DNA from: Planctomycetota bacterium
GTDB lineage: Bacteria; Planctomycetota; UBA8108; SXIK01
Assembly: GCA_965223845.1 (NCBI GenBank)
Contig: CBDCXR010000004.1
Location: 800,001-864,000 of the forward strand
Direction: 5' to 3'
Length of the DNA: 64,000 nt
Of the stretch, positions 27,901 to 38,000 are shown piece after piece (within the stretch, counting starts at the first letter, position 1; every line of letters starts with the position of its first letter). The notes beneath the pieces are model-generated. The model had not been told where the DNA came from, made no database searches, and saw only the letters and a program-made list of their open reading frames with translations. A program made the position numbers and the translations under genes.

Positions 27901-29631
27901 TCGTGGACTCGCGATGTTCAGTGGGAGCGTGAGCGTAAGCGCATCATGGAATCGTTTCTCCCTCGTCGGACGGACGTGACGCTCGCGCAGTTAGCTTCCC
28001 GGCGATGGCTGTCTCCCGTCGATGTGCCGGCCGTTTCGCGCCCGCCCGGATACGTCGACGCCGGCGCGTCGGTGGCGCTTCGAGCCCTCTTCGGAGAGAT
28101 CTGGTACACGAGAGATGGATCGGACCCGCGAGCCCTCGGCGGAGCTCCGTCGCCCGCGGCGGAGATCGCCGGAGTCGAGGCCGAGCTCGCTGTTCGAGTG
28201 CTCGAGGAAGGGGCGCCCGCGCGAGCGTTCGTCCCGGCGGACGATGCACTCGGCCTCGAGTGGACCGCGCTCGAATTCAACGATGCGGAATGGTTGTCCG
28301 GAACCACGGGAGTCGGGTTCGATCGAGGAGACGACTTCGACGAATTCATCGGAACGGATATCGAGCTCGCGATGTTTCAGCAATCGACGAGTTTCTACGC
28401 GCGCGTACCGTTCACGCTCGAGTCGACGGAGAATCTGGATTCGAAGGTCTTATCGCTCTTCGTTCAGTACGACGACGGCTTCATCGCGTACGTGAACGGC
28501 GAGCGAGTCGCGTCGGCCAACGCGCCGGACGATCCGGCCGCTGACTCGCGTGCCACGGCGACGCACGCCGACTCGTCGGCGGTCGTGTTCGAGCGCTTCG
28601 ACATCTCGGAGTTTTGGCCCCTCTTCCGTCGCGGAGAGAACTTGCTCGCGATTCACGGCCTCAATCGAACGGCGAACTCGGGAGACGTGCTCGTCGTGCC
28701 GGTGATCGAGATCGCGGACGCGAGCGGGGGTGAGCTCACGATCGAGCACACCACGACCCTCACCGCTCGCGTGCGATCGGGCGATGATTGGAGTCCGCCC
28801 GTGGAGGCCCTCTACGCGGTCGACGCGAGCGATCTGCGTGTGACCGAGCTTCAGTATCACCCTGCTGCGCCCCTCGAGGATTCCGAATACTCGGACGATG
28901 ACTTCGAGTTCGTCGAGCTGACCAACACCGGGCCGGTTTCTTTGTCGGTAGCCGGCCTTTCGTTCGAGGGTGGCGTGCGGTTCCGCTTCCAATTCGACCG
29001 CGGCGACGCAAACCTGATCCCGCCGGGCGCGTCGATCGTCGTCGTGCGGAATCTCGAGGCGTTCCTCTCGCGTTACGGAGACGACGCGGAGGCGTTCGTC
29101 GCCGGCGAGTACGAAGGGCGTCTCGACAACAGCAGCGATACGCTCCGGCTCACGGACGCGCTCGGCGCGACGCTGGTCGAGTTCGCCTATGACGATGCCT
29201 GGTGGCCCGTTACCGATGGGAAGGGGCCGTCGCTCGAGATTCGCGACGCGCGGGCGGATCCCTCGCGGTGGGGCGTGCGGGACGCGTGGCAGCCGAGCGA
29301 AGCCGAGCTGGGCTCACCCGGATTCCATGCGGGGGGCGGCGGCGACGGAGGCTTGCAGCGGATCGGCGATACGAATCAGGACGGATCGCTCAACATCGCG
29401 GATCCGATCGCTCTCCTCGAGTTCCTGTTTGTCGATCCTCAAAGGAAGCTCCCGTGCGCGGGTGACGTCGCGTCGCCTGCCAATCGCCGCGTACTCGACG
29501 GGAACAGGGATGGCTTCGTCAACATCGCCGACGCCGTCTTCGTGCTCGAGTACCTCTTCAGCGGAGGTCCGGCGCCGGAGGGCGGTCTCGGCTGCGTCCG
29601 AGTCGAAGGGTGCGATAGCGTTTGCGAATGA
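24913..29631 (+). CDS. Lamin-tail / F-type-lectin-like / CotH kinase / Fn3-associated surface protein with dockerin-like tail
   Basis: Start uncertain (frame open from 24658). IIISEIVASN..SDWLEL (LTD); IRYTLDGSPP; HLYINGRYHGHY, WDSD (CotH); LRVTELQYHP (LTD); GDTNQDGSLNIAD. Confidence 0.8.
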   Translation: MRRSLWFRYLFAEASDSSCRSSRSRPAFFVLAWLVFGSIVPRLAWPGPEPSSPIIISEIVASNDGRFLDENREASDWLELLAVVAVDLDGWFLTDDRDQLTRWRIPRVVLEPGERLVVFASGKDRADPDAELHTDFQLDADGEFLAIVEPDGATIADAWSPSFPPQRTGVSFGVGEGGGVDRSVLAVGAACRWFVPENDALSPAWIDPAFDDATWNEGATGVGFDRSGGALPAPDERVNVALAGTSEQSSDFAANFGADRGNDGNFGNFTATASSDADAWWRVDLGASESIALIVVHNRGDGCCQSRLRDITVEILDDDASIVFETELLNRENVLGGQTTDGPGELVVDVIERVGAPVEGRFVRVRRAPDPDLSGTSGAGNADEPNVLSVGEVEVFAGGSALAGAIATDVGDAMRSVSPSLLVRVPFDVVEPLAPESSLSLRIRFDDGFVAYVDGVEIARSSAPGAVGDLLRWNDTAIAENPDPLTAIEIDLSAARALFAPGPHVLAVHLLNVSVDDADAFVEPQIVERRSALGELGYFSRPTPGEPNGAPDFSGWVADPVVDVDRGFYDAPFFVELTTATEDATIRYTLDGSPPSSRRGSDFDGPIEIAGTSVLRAVALRDDLAPSRVVTKTYIFVADVPSQRAMVRSITEHDVYGPLLEDSLLAQPSVSIATVPSIPTTSEVLASVELIFPDGTEGFQIDAGIKRVGGHSLGAYPKNNMRLYFRREYGPSKLRYPLFAGTVYEDGARESFDRLTLRSGSHDSVFYLGDGQQPPSNAQYLRNRFMNDLQYEMGRPSLNGRFAHLYINGRYHGHYQLLERPAPDHMAEEMGGDKDDFEAVNRNVPVGGAAPAWSRIRTIRGNYDEVLRYVDTPNLVDYMLLNYWAGNAWDWRPGQNWMAGGPSDPDRGGYKFYCWDSDIVLRNLNDNNLGIGGPDNLFRDLLRHEDFRVLVADRIYALFSEGGVLTPERLQEIYARRAEEIRLSIVAETARWQWRGSWTRDVQWERERKRIMESFLPRRTDVTLAQLASRRWLSPVDVPAVSRPPGYVDAGASVALRALFGEIWYTRDGSDPRALGGAPSPAAEIAGVEAELAVRVLEEGAPARAFVPADDALGLEWTALEFNDAEWLSGTTGVGFDRGDDFDEFIGTDIELAMFQQSTSFYARVPFTLESTENLDSKVLSLFVQYDDGFIAYVNGERVASANAPDDPAADSRATATHADSSAVVFERFDISEFWPLFRRGENLLAIHGLNRTANSGDVLVVPVIEIADASGGELTIEHTTTLTARVRSGDDWSPPVEALYAVDASDLRVTELQYHPAAPLEDSEYSDDDFEFVELTNTGPVSLSVAGLSFEGGVRFRFQFDRGDANLIPPGASIVVVRNLEAFLSRYGDDAEAFVAGEYEGRLDNSSDTLRLTDALGATLVEFAYDDAWWPVTDGKGPSLEIRDARADPSRWGVRDAWQPSEAELGSPGFHAGGGGDGGLQRIGDTNQDGSLNIADPIALLEFLFVDPQRKLPCAGDVASPANRRVLDGNRDGFVNIADAVFVLEYLFSGGPAPEGGLGCVRVEGCDSVCE

Positions 29632-31844
29632 CTTGCGCGATGACAACGAAGGAGAACGCCATGAAGAATCAAAAACCGCTCGCCATCGTTTGTAGTCTAT
29701 TCGTGTCGATCGCGAGCTCAGTGACCGCGCAGGAGAACATCGCTCTGACGGGGACGGCTCGCCAGTCGAGCGATTTCGCGCCCAACTTCGGTGCGGAACG
29801 CGCCATCGACGGCAACTTCGGAAACTTCACGGCAACAGCCACGGCGGATACGCCGGCGATCTGGGAAGTCGATCTCGGTGCGGGCGCCGAGATCGAGCGC
29901 ATCGTCGTCCACAATCGGGGCGACGGCTGTTGTCAGTCGCGGCTCCGCGACATCACCGTCGCGATTTACGATCTGTCATTCCTCGACGATCCCTTCGGCG
30001 ATGAGGAGCCGCTGTGGGAGTCCGAGCTTCTCAACGAGCAGAACGAACTCGGTGGCATGACGACCGACGGACCCCCGGAACTCACCGTCGAGCTGGGTGA
30101 AATCATCAGCGGACAGTTCGTGCGAGTCACTCGGCTCGGTGATCCCGATCTCATCGGAACCGGCGGCGCGGGCAACGCCGACGAAGCCAATGTGATGTCG
30201 CTCGGGGAGGTCGAGGTCTTCGGGACGATTGTCGCGGAGTGCCCGGCCGAGGGCGACGCGGAGTTCGGGGACACGGAGTGCAGTCAGTTCACGGCGAGCG
30301 GCCCGGCGGACGGAGGCCCGGGCCTCTATCTTCTCTCGGCCGTCGGGGACGATGCGGGCGGCGATGAGGTCCTCTACACGTTCGTCGCCGAGGAGGAGGG
30401 CGGGACGCGATTCGTGCGCGAGGCTGCTCCGACCGAAACCGCAGAGTTCGATCTCGGAGTGGGTGAATGGACGCTGTCGGTGACCGTCGACGACGATCGA
30501 CTCTGCGACGACACCTCCGAGAACGCGGTCTGTTCCGTGGATGTTTCCATCGGAGCGCCGGACGGCCCCAACAAGGCACTCCTTCGCCCGTCGCGACAGT
30601 CATCGGACTTCAATGCGAACCTCGGTGCGGCCCGAGGCAACGACGGCGACTTCGGAAACTTCACGGCGACCGCATCGGCCGACGACTCGCCGTGGTGGGA
30701 GGTCGATCTGCAAGAAGACATCGCGATCACTTCGATCGTCGTATCGAACCGCGGAGACGGCTGCTGTCAGTCGAGGCTGCGCGACATCACGGTGACGGTG
30801 CTTGACGGGGCTGAGGAGGACGCTGCGGTCGTCTTCGAATCGGAGCTCCTCAACGAGGAGAACGAGCTCGGAGGCGGCGGGCTGGACGGGCCGCCCGTTC
30901 TCTCTCTCGATCTCGTCGCGATCACGGGTGGGGCGGTGACGGGGCGGGTTGTTCGCGTGAGTCGCCTGCCCGATCCGGATCTCTCGGGAACGGGAGGAGC
31001 CGGAAACGTCGACGAGCCGAACGTGCTCTCCTTGGGTGAAGTCGAGGTGTTCGACGACGTGTGCGAAGAGAGCGTCGCTGCGTGCGATGGACTCGAGATC
31101 CTCGGACCGGACGACGGCGGTCCCGGTGCTTACACGGCGATCGCTACGGGTAGCGGAGCTCCCGAGCTCTTCTATACGTTCACCGCGGACAACGGGGTCG
31201 ATCCCGCTTCCGTCATCGGGCCGCAGACTCTCGACTCCGCGACACTCGCCCTCGGCGCCGGGAGCTGGACGATCACCGCGACCGTCACGGATTCGCGGCG
31301 GTGTTTTGAGCCCGGCCCGGATGGAAGCTGCACCGAGCTGGTGGAGGTCACTCCGCTCGGACTCGGCGAGAACGTCGCCCTCGGAAAGCCGGCGACGCAG
31401 TCGACCGATTTCACTCCGGCCTTAGGCGCGGGGCTCGGCGTCGACGGAATCCTCGGCAACTTCACCGCGACGGCCGGCGACGACATCGAGCCGTGGTGGG
31501 AAGTCGACCTCGAAGGCGAGTTTCCGATCAACGCTATCGTCCTTCACAATCGCGGCGATGGTTGCTGCCAGTCGCGCCTGCGCGACATCACGGTCTCGAT
31601 TCTCGACGCGGCGGGAGAATCGGTCTGGGAGTCTGAGCTTCTCAACGAGGAGAACGAGCTCGGGGGCGGGACGACCGACGGTCCTTCCCGACTCGTGGTC
31701 GATCTTCGCGGCGTCGAGGGAAGCGACATCGCGGGGAGTCGAGTCCGGGTGAGCCGGCTCGTCGACGAAGATCTATCCGGTTCGGGCGGAGTGGGTGGCG
31801 TCGACGAGGCCAACGTCCTCTCGCTCGGCGAGGTCGAGGTGTTC
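25627..31844 (+). repeat. Four homologous ~480-bp F-type-lectin-like domain repeats spread over two genes
   Basis: Copies at about 25627-26100, 29736-30221, 30570-31052 and 31371-31844; shared GNFTATA, NRGDGCCQSRLRDITV and NVLSxGEVEVF with near-identical DNA in the core. Confidence 0.85.
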
Positions 31845-32156
31845 TCGACCGAAGACGAACCGCCCGGCACTTCGTTCCGTCGCGGCGACGCCAACAACGA
31901 CGGCAGCGTCAACATCGCGGACGCGATCTACGAGCTGAACAACCTCTTCGGTGACGGCGCCGTTCCCAGTTGCCTCGAATCGGCGGACGTCAACAGCGAC
32001 GAGGCTTTCAACATCGCGGACGCGATCTTCCTCCTCAACAACCTGTTCGGCGACGGCCCACCTCCGCTCGAGGGCGTGGGCGAGGACGGATTTGGCTGCG
32101 GACCGGACCTGGAACCGGCGACCTCGATCGGTTGCGAGCTCTACGACAAGTGCTGA
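29661..32156 (+). CDS. Secreted protein with three F-type-lectin/F5-8-like domains and dockerin-like tail
   Basis: AAGGAG RBS and ATG 29661; signal peptide; 3x N.AL...A.QSS...DG...WEVDL...NRGDGCCQSRL...EVEVF; FRRGDANNDGSVNIADAI. Confidence 0.85.
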   Translation: MKNQKPLAIVCSLFVSIASSVTAQENIALTGTARQSSDFAPNFGAERAIDGNFGNFTATATADTPAIWEVDLGAGAEIERIVVHNRGDGCCQSRLRDITVAIYDLSFLDDPFGDEEPLWESELLNEQNELGGMTTDGPPELTVELGEIISGQFVRVTRLGDPDLIGTGGAGNADEANVMSLGEVEVFGTIVAECPAEGDAEFGDTECSQFTASGPADGGPGLYLLSAVGDDAGGDEVLYTFVAEEEGGTRFVREAAPTETAEFDLGVGEWTLSVTVDDDRLCDDTSENAVCSVDVSIGAPDGPNKALLRPSRQSSDFNANLGAARGNDGDFGNFTATASADDSPWWEVDLQEDIAITSIVVSNRGDGCCQSRLRDITVTVLDGAEEDAAVVFESELLNEENELGGGGLDGPPVLSLDLVAITGGAVTGRVVRVSRLPDPDLSGTGGAGNVDEPNVLSLGEVEVFDDVCEESVAACDGLEILGPDDGGPGAYTAIATGSGAPELFYTFTADNGVDPASVIGPQTLDSATLALGAGSWTITATVTDSRRCFEPGPDGSCTELVEVTPLGLGENVALGKPATQSTDFTPALGAGLGVDGILGNFTATAGDDIEPWWEVDLEGEFPINAIVLHNRGDGCCQSRLRDITVSILDAAGESVWESELLNEENELGGGTTDGPSRLVVDLRGVEGSDIAGSRVRVSRLVDEDLSGSGGVGGVDEANVLSLGEVEVFSTEDEPPGTSFRRGDANNDGSVNIADAIYELNNLFGDGAVPSCLESADVNSDEAFNIADAIFLLNNLFGDGPPPLEGVGEDGFGCGPDLEPATSIGCELYDKC

Positions 32157-32271
32157 GACGATCGATCGTTCATTCGGCGTAGCGCGGGGGAAAGACGAGA
32201 GACAACTCGCGATCGAGAGGTGATCGTGGGGCGAGGGCGATCCGCGATCGCTTTCCTTCCGTGGAGCCCCG

Positions 32272-32610
32272 CACGTTCTCTACCTGATGGGGCTCGGGAT
32301 CCTTTCGAGTGTCATTCGACACGCGATCACGAGCGACCTCGACATGCTCGACTTTCGCGTACTCGCCGTGGCGGGAACGACTCTGGTCTATCTGGGAAAG
32401 CAAATCAGCTACTTCGTCGCGTTTCCGCCCTACCTCTTCAATATCCTGGTGAACTCCACCGTCTGCATCGGAGTGACGACGGCCTCGACGTTTCTCCCGC
32501 GCCCAGAGTACATGTTGATCGGAATTACGCTCGCCTTGGTCTTCTACTCGTACTCGAACTTCCGCTGGACTCTCCCGAAGAACGTGGAGGCGTACCTGAC
32601 GGAAGAATAG
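32272..32610 (+). pseudogene. Probable 5'-truncated remnant of a membrane-protein gene (resembles the C-terminus of low-temperature-requirement protein A, LtrA)
   Basis: HVLYLMGLGILSSVIRHAI...GKQISYFVAFPP...YSYSNFRWTL: several TM segments; the frame is closed upstream at 32221 and the upstream codons do not look protein-like. Family assignment is from memory. Confidence 0.4.
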
Positions 32611-32678
32611 AGTCGATCGATCAGGGCAAGCCCCCGAATCTCCGCCACCCGTCGCCGCGCCGTTGCGAGCGACGACTC

Positions 32679-33515
32679 CTACGCGGAGTTCACGCGTTTG
32701 CTTTTCGCCCAACTCATTCGCAGCAATCCAGGACGGATGGTCAAGACCGTGCCTAGCGCGATGGTCGCGGACCAACCCGCTACGAAATAGGCGTTGCTCA
32801 TGCTGTGATCCGTCGCGCCGTACCAGCGCGGAGCGAGATTCATGAGCATGTGCGCCGTGATCGGTACATACAGGTTGCGCGACCACTGGTGCGCCAGCCA
32901 AGCGAACCAAACGCCACCGGCGCCGGTCGTGAGCAACGCAGGCCACCCGTTCGCAATGCCGTCCGCGGTCCAGCGCACGTGTACGAGGCCGAAAAACACC
33001 GCGCTGACGATCGTCGCCGTCCAGAACTTGACGCCGACCAACTGCACCAACGCCAGCACGAGCACGCCCCGGAAAAACCACTCCTCGGCGATCGGCGCCG
33101 AGAAGCCGATACGGATCATCTTGGGTGGGAAGGACGCGGCGTCATCGAGCACGAGACCACGGACGATGCCGACGGCGATGATCGGGATGCAGATGACTCC
33201 TCCCACCGCGATCCCTTTCAGCGCGCCGTGGCGTAAGCCGAGGTCGCGGAGCAGGCCCTGCGATTCGCCCGGGCCGACGAAACGCATTATCCTCCACAGG
33301 CCCACGCCGAGGACGATCCACAGTATCTCCGTATCCGAGGCCCTCACCCAATCGGGTACGCCGAGTTCTGCCAGCCAGACGTGGAACGACTTGTACACGC
33401 CAAGTTCACCGCGGTAACGGACCACGGCGAGCAGCGCCATCGCGAGGAGCCAGACGACGAGGGCGCCGCTGCGGTTCTTCCTGGGTGCGTGCTCGGGGGT
33501 GTCGTCTTCAGTCAT
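32679..33515 (-). CDS. CPBP-family (Abi/CAAX) intramembrane glutamic endopeptidase
   Basis: APIAEEWFFRG, SAVFFGLVH, NLYVPITAHMLMN motifs. Confidence 0.9.
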   Translation of the reverse strand: MTEDDTPEHAPRKNRSGALVVWLLAMALLAVVRYRGELGVYKSFHVWLAELGVPDWVRASDTEILWIVLGVGLWRIMRFVGPGESQGLLRDLGLRHGALKGIAVGGVICIPIIAVGIVRGLVLDDAASFPPKMIRIGFSAPIAEEWFFRGVLVLALVQLVGVKFWTATIVSAVFFGLVHVRWTADGIANGWPALLTTGAGGVWFAWLAHQWSRNLYVPITAHMLMNLAPRWYGATDHSMSNAYFVAGWSATIALGTVLTIRPGLLRMSWAKSKRVNSA

Positions 33516-33607
33516 GCCCGCAGCGCGAGGGTAGCGCGTTTAAGCTCGGATGCGATCGACCTGAGCGCGTACTTCGTGACGCGCGGCTCCCTCCGGAACC
33601 CGGTGAA

Positions 33608-33681
33608 TGGGCGTGCCCAGACTCGAACTGGGAACTTCCACCTTGTAAGGGTGGCACTCTAGCCGATTGAGTTACACGCCC
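33608..33681 (-). tRNA. tRNA-Val (anticodon TAC); CCA not encoded
   Basis: GGGCGTG/CACGCCC acceptor stem, ACTC/GAGT D stem, CCACC-CTTACAA-GGTGG anticodon arm, CCCAG-TTCGAGT-CTGGG T arm. Confidence 0.95.
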
Positions 33682-33911
33682 ATCGATCGTCGATCTGGTG
33701 CCGCAAGGTAGCCCGAACGACGGAGAGGATCAACTCCTCGCGCCTTCGATCTCGTGTCCAGTCTTCCCGAGGTCCTCGGTACCCGGCCGACCGCGCCGGC
33801 TGTCGAATCCATCGCTTCCTTGCGGTAGAGTTTCCGGCGAGCGCGGAGCGATGTCGTGCGACCTCGCCTCGGCGCCGCGCTCCATCCGTCCTCCGAGAGT
33901 GCACTGAAACG

Positions 33912-34940
33912 ATGAGCGAACGTCGCAATCGCCAGTGGCGCGTGAAGAGCCTTCCCCACGGGAGAATACGTCCAGAGGATTTCGAGTTCGTCGAAGACGC
34001 CGTGCCTGAAATCAGGGACGGTGAGATGCTCCTTCGCAGTATCTACCTCTCCCTCGACCCCGCGAATCGAGGGTGGCTCTCCGGGCGCCGAACCTACGTC
34101 GCTCCCGTACAGGCCGGCGACGTGATGCGCGGTGCAACGGTCGGTGTCGTCGAAGACTCGCGGCTCGAGGGGTACTCCGCGGGTGACCTCGTTCTCTGCG
34201 CGATCGGGTGGCAGGACTATGCAGTGAGCGACGGGAAGGGCGTGACGAAGATCCCCTCGGGTCCGCTTCCGCTCACCGCGCATCTCGGTCTTCTCGGCCA
34301 CATCGGTCTCACGGCGTACTTCGGCCTTCTCGACGTCGGGAAGCCAAAGGCGGGTGAAACGCTGGTGGTCTCCACGGCCGCGGGAGCCGTCGGTTCGCTC
34401 GTCAGCCAGATCGGGAAGATCAAAGGCTGCCGTGTCGTCGGGATTGCGGGCGGCGAGGAGAAGTGCTCGTGGCTCACCGGGGAGCTCGGGCTCGACGCCG
34501 CGATCGATTACAAGAACGAGAATGTCGCCAAAGCTCTCCGTGCGGCGTGCCCGGACGGCATCGACATCTACTTCGACAACGTCGGCGGCGAGATCCTCGA
34601 AGCGGCGCTCTCGCTCATTCGCGAACGGGCGCGCGTCGTGATCTGCGGAATGATCTCGCAGTACAACGCGACCGAGCCCGTTCCCGGGCCGAAGAATCTC
34701 ATTCAACTCCTCGCTCAGCGGGCGCGCATGGAGGGATTCATCGTCCTCGATTATCTCTCTCGCGCTTCGGAGGCGGTCGGTGAGCTCGTCCGCTGGCACC
34801 TCGAAGGGAAGCTCAAGTATCGAGTCGACGTCATCGACGGGCTCGAGCAGGCGCCGGTCGCCATCAACCGTCTCTTCGACGGAACGAACCGGGGAAAGCT
34901 CGCGGTGAGGGTCTCGGAGGAGCCGAGTCCGTCCGCGTAA
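33912..34940 (+). CDS. NADP-dependent oxidoreductase (MDR family, prostaglandin reductase/CurA-like)
   Basis: YLSLDP, GLTAYFGLLDVG, VVSTAAGAVGS, GIDIYFDNVGG, CGMISQYN, GTNRGK. Confidence 0.92.
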   Translation: MSERRNRQWRVKSLPHGRIRPEDFEFVEDAVPEIRDGEMLLRSIYLSLDPANRGWLSGRRTYVAPVQAGDVMRGATVGVVEDSRLEGYSAGDLVLCAIGWQDYAVSDGKGVTKIPSGPLPLTAHLGLLGHIGLTAYFGLLDVGKPKAGETLVVSTAAGAVGSLVSQIGKIKGCRVVGIAGGEEKCSWLTGELGLDAAIDYKNENVAKALRAACPDGIDIYFDNVGGEILEAALSLIRERARVVICGMISQYNATEPVPGPKNLIQLLAQRARMEGFIVLDYLSRASEAVGELVRWHLEGKLKYRVDVIDGLEQAPVAINRLFDGTNRGKLAVRVSEEPSPSA

Positions 34941-35073
34941 GATCGCCCGCGATGATCGGGTCGGCGATCTCGTCGAACGAGACTGGTCGGCGCTCTTCAC
35001 TTCGCGATACCATCGCCGCTCGCGAATCTCTCGATTCACTTCTTCTCCTTGCCCTCCCGAAAGCTCAAGCTCG

Positions 35074-38000
35074 ATGCATCGCTCACGCCGCCGGACCCTT
35101 CTCGCCGCCGTATCGACGTTCTGTTTGCTCCTCCCTCCCGTGAGTGCGTTCAGCTCTCCTACATTCGACGACACGGACGACAGCGAGCAGGCGCCGGTCC
35201 GCATTCTGCGAGTTTCCTCCGGCCGATCCTATACGCTCGACCGGGCGGTGCTCGGCCGGGTCGCGTACGTCGATCGTCGCTACCGCCTCACCGCCCTCCC
35301 CGAGCGGCTCGGCGGCAAGATCCTCGTCCGCACGTCGAATGAGGATGATCAGGTCGACGCAGCCGAGCACGTCGTTCTCGAGCTCGCGTCTCCCTCTGCC
35401 GTCTACGTTGCCTTCGACGAACGAGCGCGCGCGCGTGCGGACTGGCTCGCCGAGTGGGCGGATACCGGCTGGTGGGTCGGGACGGACGACACGAACTTCG
35501 TCGTCTACCAACGCGTGTTCCCGGCGGGGCGAGTTCAGCTCGGCGGAAACGCACGTGCGGGCACTGGCGCCGCGAGTCACTATCTGGTGTTTGTCGAGCC
35601 GGGAGGAGCTGCGGTCGAGGGGAAGACTCAGATGCGGCAACTCCTCGCGAACGAGCTTCCCGCCACCTCGCCTCGCGAGATTACGTCCCCGCTTCCGGCG
35701 TTGCCGCCCGGATTCTCCGCGTCGCTTTTCGCTACGGAGCCGCTCGTCCGCAATCCCGCTTCGCTTTGCTTCGACGCGCGCGGTCGTTTGTTCGTGAGCC
35801 ACGGACCGCAGTTTCGAAAACCGCGTCCGGATACGCCTGGCGACACGATCTCGATCCTCTTGGACGACGACGGCGACGGCGTCGCCGACCGCACGAAGAC
35901 GTTCGCCACCGGATTCAATTCCGTTCAGGGTATGGCCTGGAAGGGACGCGATCTCTGGGTCGCCAACGCGCCGGAGCTCACGATCGTTCGCGACCTCGAC
36001 GGCGACGACGAAGCCGACGAGTACGTGCTCGTCTACGCCGACCTCGGGAATCTCGAGCACGGTATTCACGGCCTCAACTGGGCTCCCGACGGCAGGCTCT
36101 ACATGTCGAAGGGAAACTCGAAGGGGAAGAACGAAGACGGTCGCCACGCACCGAAACCCTTTCGCGATCTTTGGGGCGCGGACGAGCCGGAGGGGATCCC
36201 CGAGTTTCCGGCGCCGCAGATCTTCAAGAAGGGCGAGTACCGAAAGGGCTACCACGACCCGAGTGATGACTGGGGGCGCGAAGGCGGAGTCCTCCGATGC
36301 GAAGACGGCGGTGCGAACCTCGAGATCATCTCGCGCGGCTTTCGCAATCCGTGGGACATCGCGTTCGACGACGGCTTCGACTGGATCGGCACCGACAACG
36401 ATCAAAACGACGGCGATCGCGTCTTCATGCCATTCTTTGGAGCCCACTTCGGGTGGGGACACCTCTGGAGCTACAACTGGACCGGCGAAGACCACGCGCC
36501 GACCGTTCCCATCAGCGCGCCCGTGTTTCACGGCTCGGGAACGGGAGTCGTGTTCTCGGCGTCGCCTCGGTTTCCGCTCGCATATCGCCACGTGTTTTTG
36601 ATCAACGACTGGGGGCGGAAAGTGACCTACGTCTTCCGGCCGTCCTGGCACGGATCCCTCATGACCGAGGAGTCGGGCGAGCTCGAAGAGTTCGCGCGCG
36701 AGCAGCCGGGAGGTCTCTATCGGCCTTCCGACATTGAGGTCGGTCCCGACGGAGCGCTCTACGTCGGCGGGTGGGGGAGCGGCTACGGCGTGGAGTGGAC
36801 GAAGCTGAACACCGAGATGCGAAACGAAGGAAGGATCTTCAAGATTCGCTACGACGGGATTCCGCTCGCGACTCGGGACGAATGGTGGACCGAGAAACGA
36901 GCGAAGCCGCTCGCCGAGTGGTCGACGGCCGAGCTGATCGAGGATCTGTCGCAAGAAGCACTCCCCGTGTGGCGAGTCGACGCGCAGGAAGAGCTCGTCC
37001 GCCGCGGTCCCGCCGGACGCGACGATCTCATCCGCGCGATCGAGGCGCGTGAGCTCACGAAAGCACAAGAAACTTGGGCCGTCTGGGCGCTCGCCCGGAT
37101 CGACCCGGAAGACGCAGCGATCGATTTCATCTTGGCGCGCTTCTACCTCGACGGCGGCGCGTCGATCAACCTGAAGGTTCAAGCCATCCGAACGCTCGGA
37201 TTCCGCGTGAGAGCACGGCTCCCGCGTGGCCGTCTGCCGACGTTGATCTCGAGCGCACTCCGACATGCCGACCCGCGCGTTCGCCACGCCGCCGTCGACG
37301 CGATTTGGCAGGCGCGACAGTCGTTTCTCGCAGATCGACTTCTTCAGGTCGCGGCGTCGGACCCTGACCGGCTGACGCGTTACTCCGCGTGGAATGCCGT
37401 TGCCGAGTTCATGGACGTCGCTAGCCGTAAGCGTCGCCTTCGCGATCCGAATCCTCGCGTCCGCCTCGCCATCCTGCTCGGACTTCTGGCGCGCGTGGAG
37501 CTCGAAGCGGACGAAGTCGCGGAGTTCGCGAATGGGGAGTCCGACCCGGACGTCCTCGAGTGGGCGCTCCGTTGGCTCGTCCAGACGAAACCGACGCACT
37601 GGCGCGGGAAGAAGCCCGCTCTCGGCGGCTTGGCATCATCGCGTGCGATCGTGGATCGAATCGAACGAACGAGCGAGTCGCGCGTGCGGAAACGTCTTCT
37701 CGAGCTCCTCGCGTCTCTCGGCGCCGGCGGCGACGAGTGGGAGCGAGTCACCTCACTCTACCGGGAGAGTTCAGGCGACCTCGAGAGCAGAACACTCCTT
37801 CTCCGCGCGCTCGCGGCTGATCGACGGAGCTTCTCGCTTCTCTGGGAAGCGCTCGGCACCGAGTCGACGCGGCTTCGTGAAGCAGCGGTCGACGGGTTCG
37901 TCCGGCACGGGCGCGTCGCGCGCGATTCGCTGCTCGAGCTCTTTGCCCGACCGGGGGCCTCGGCCCCGTTGCCGCCGGGCGCCGTGTCGGCCCTGGCTCG

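Noticed and set aside
25627-31844. Recurrent near-identical segments read as a CRISPR array or mobile repeat
   Set aside because: They are in-frame protein domain repeats with irregular spacing, and no cas or transposase genes are present.
32171-32184. 14-mer CATTCGGCGTAGCG here and at 53640-53653, both just after dockerin-gene stop codons
   Set aside because: Several 14-mer matches are expected by chance in 64 kb, and I did not see it after the other three dockerin genes.
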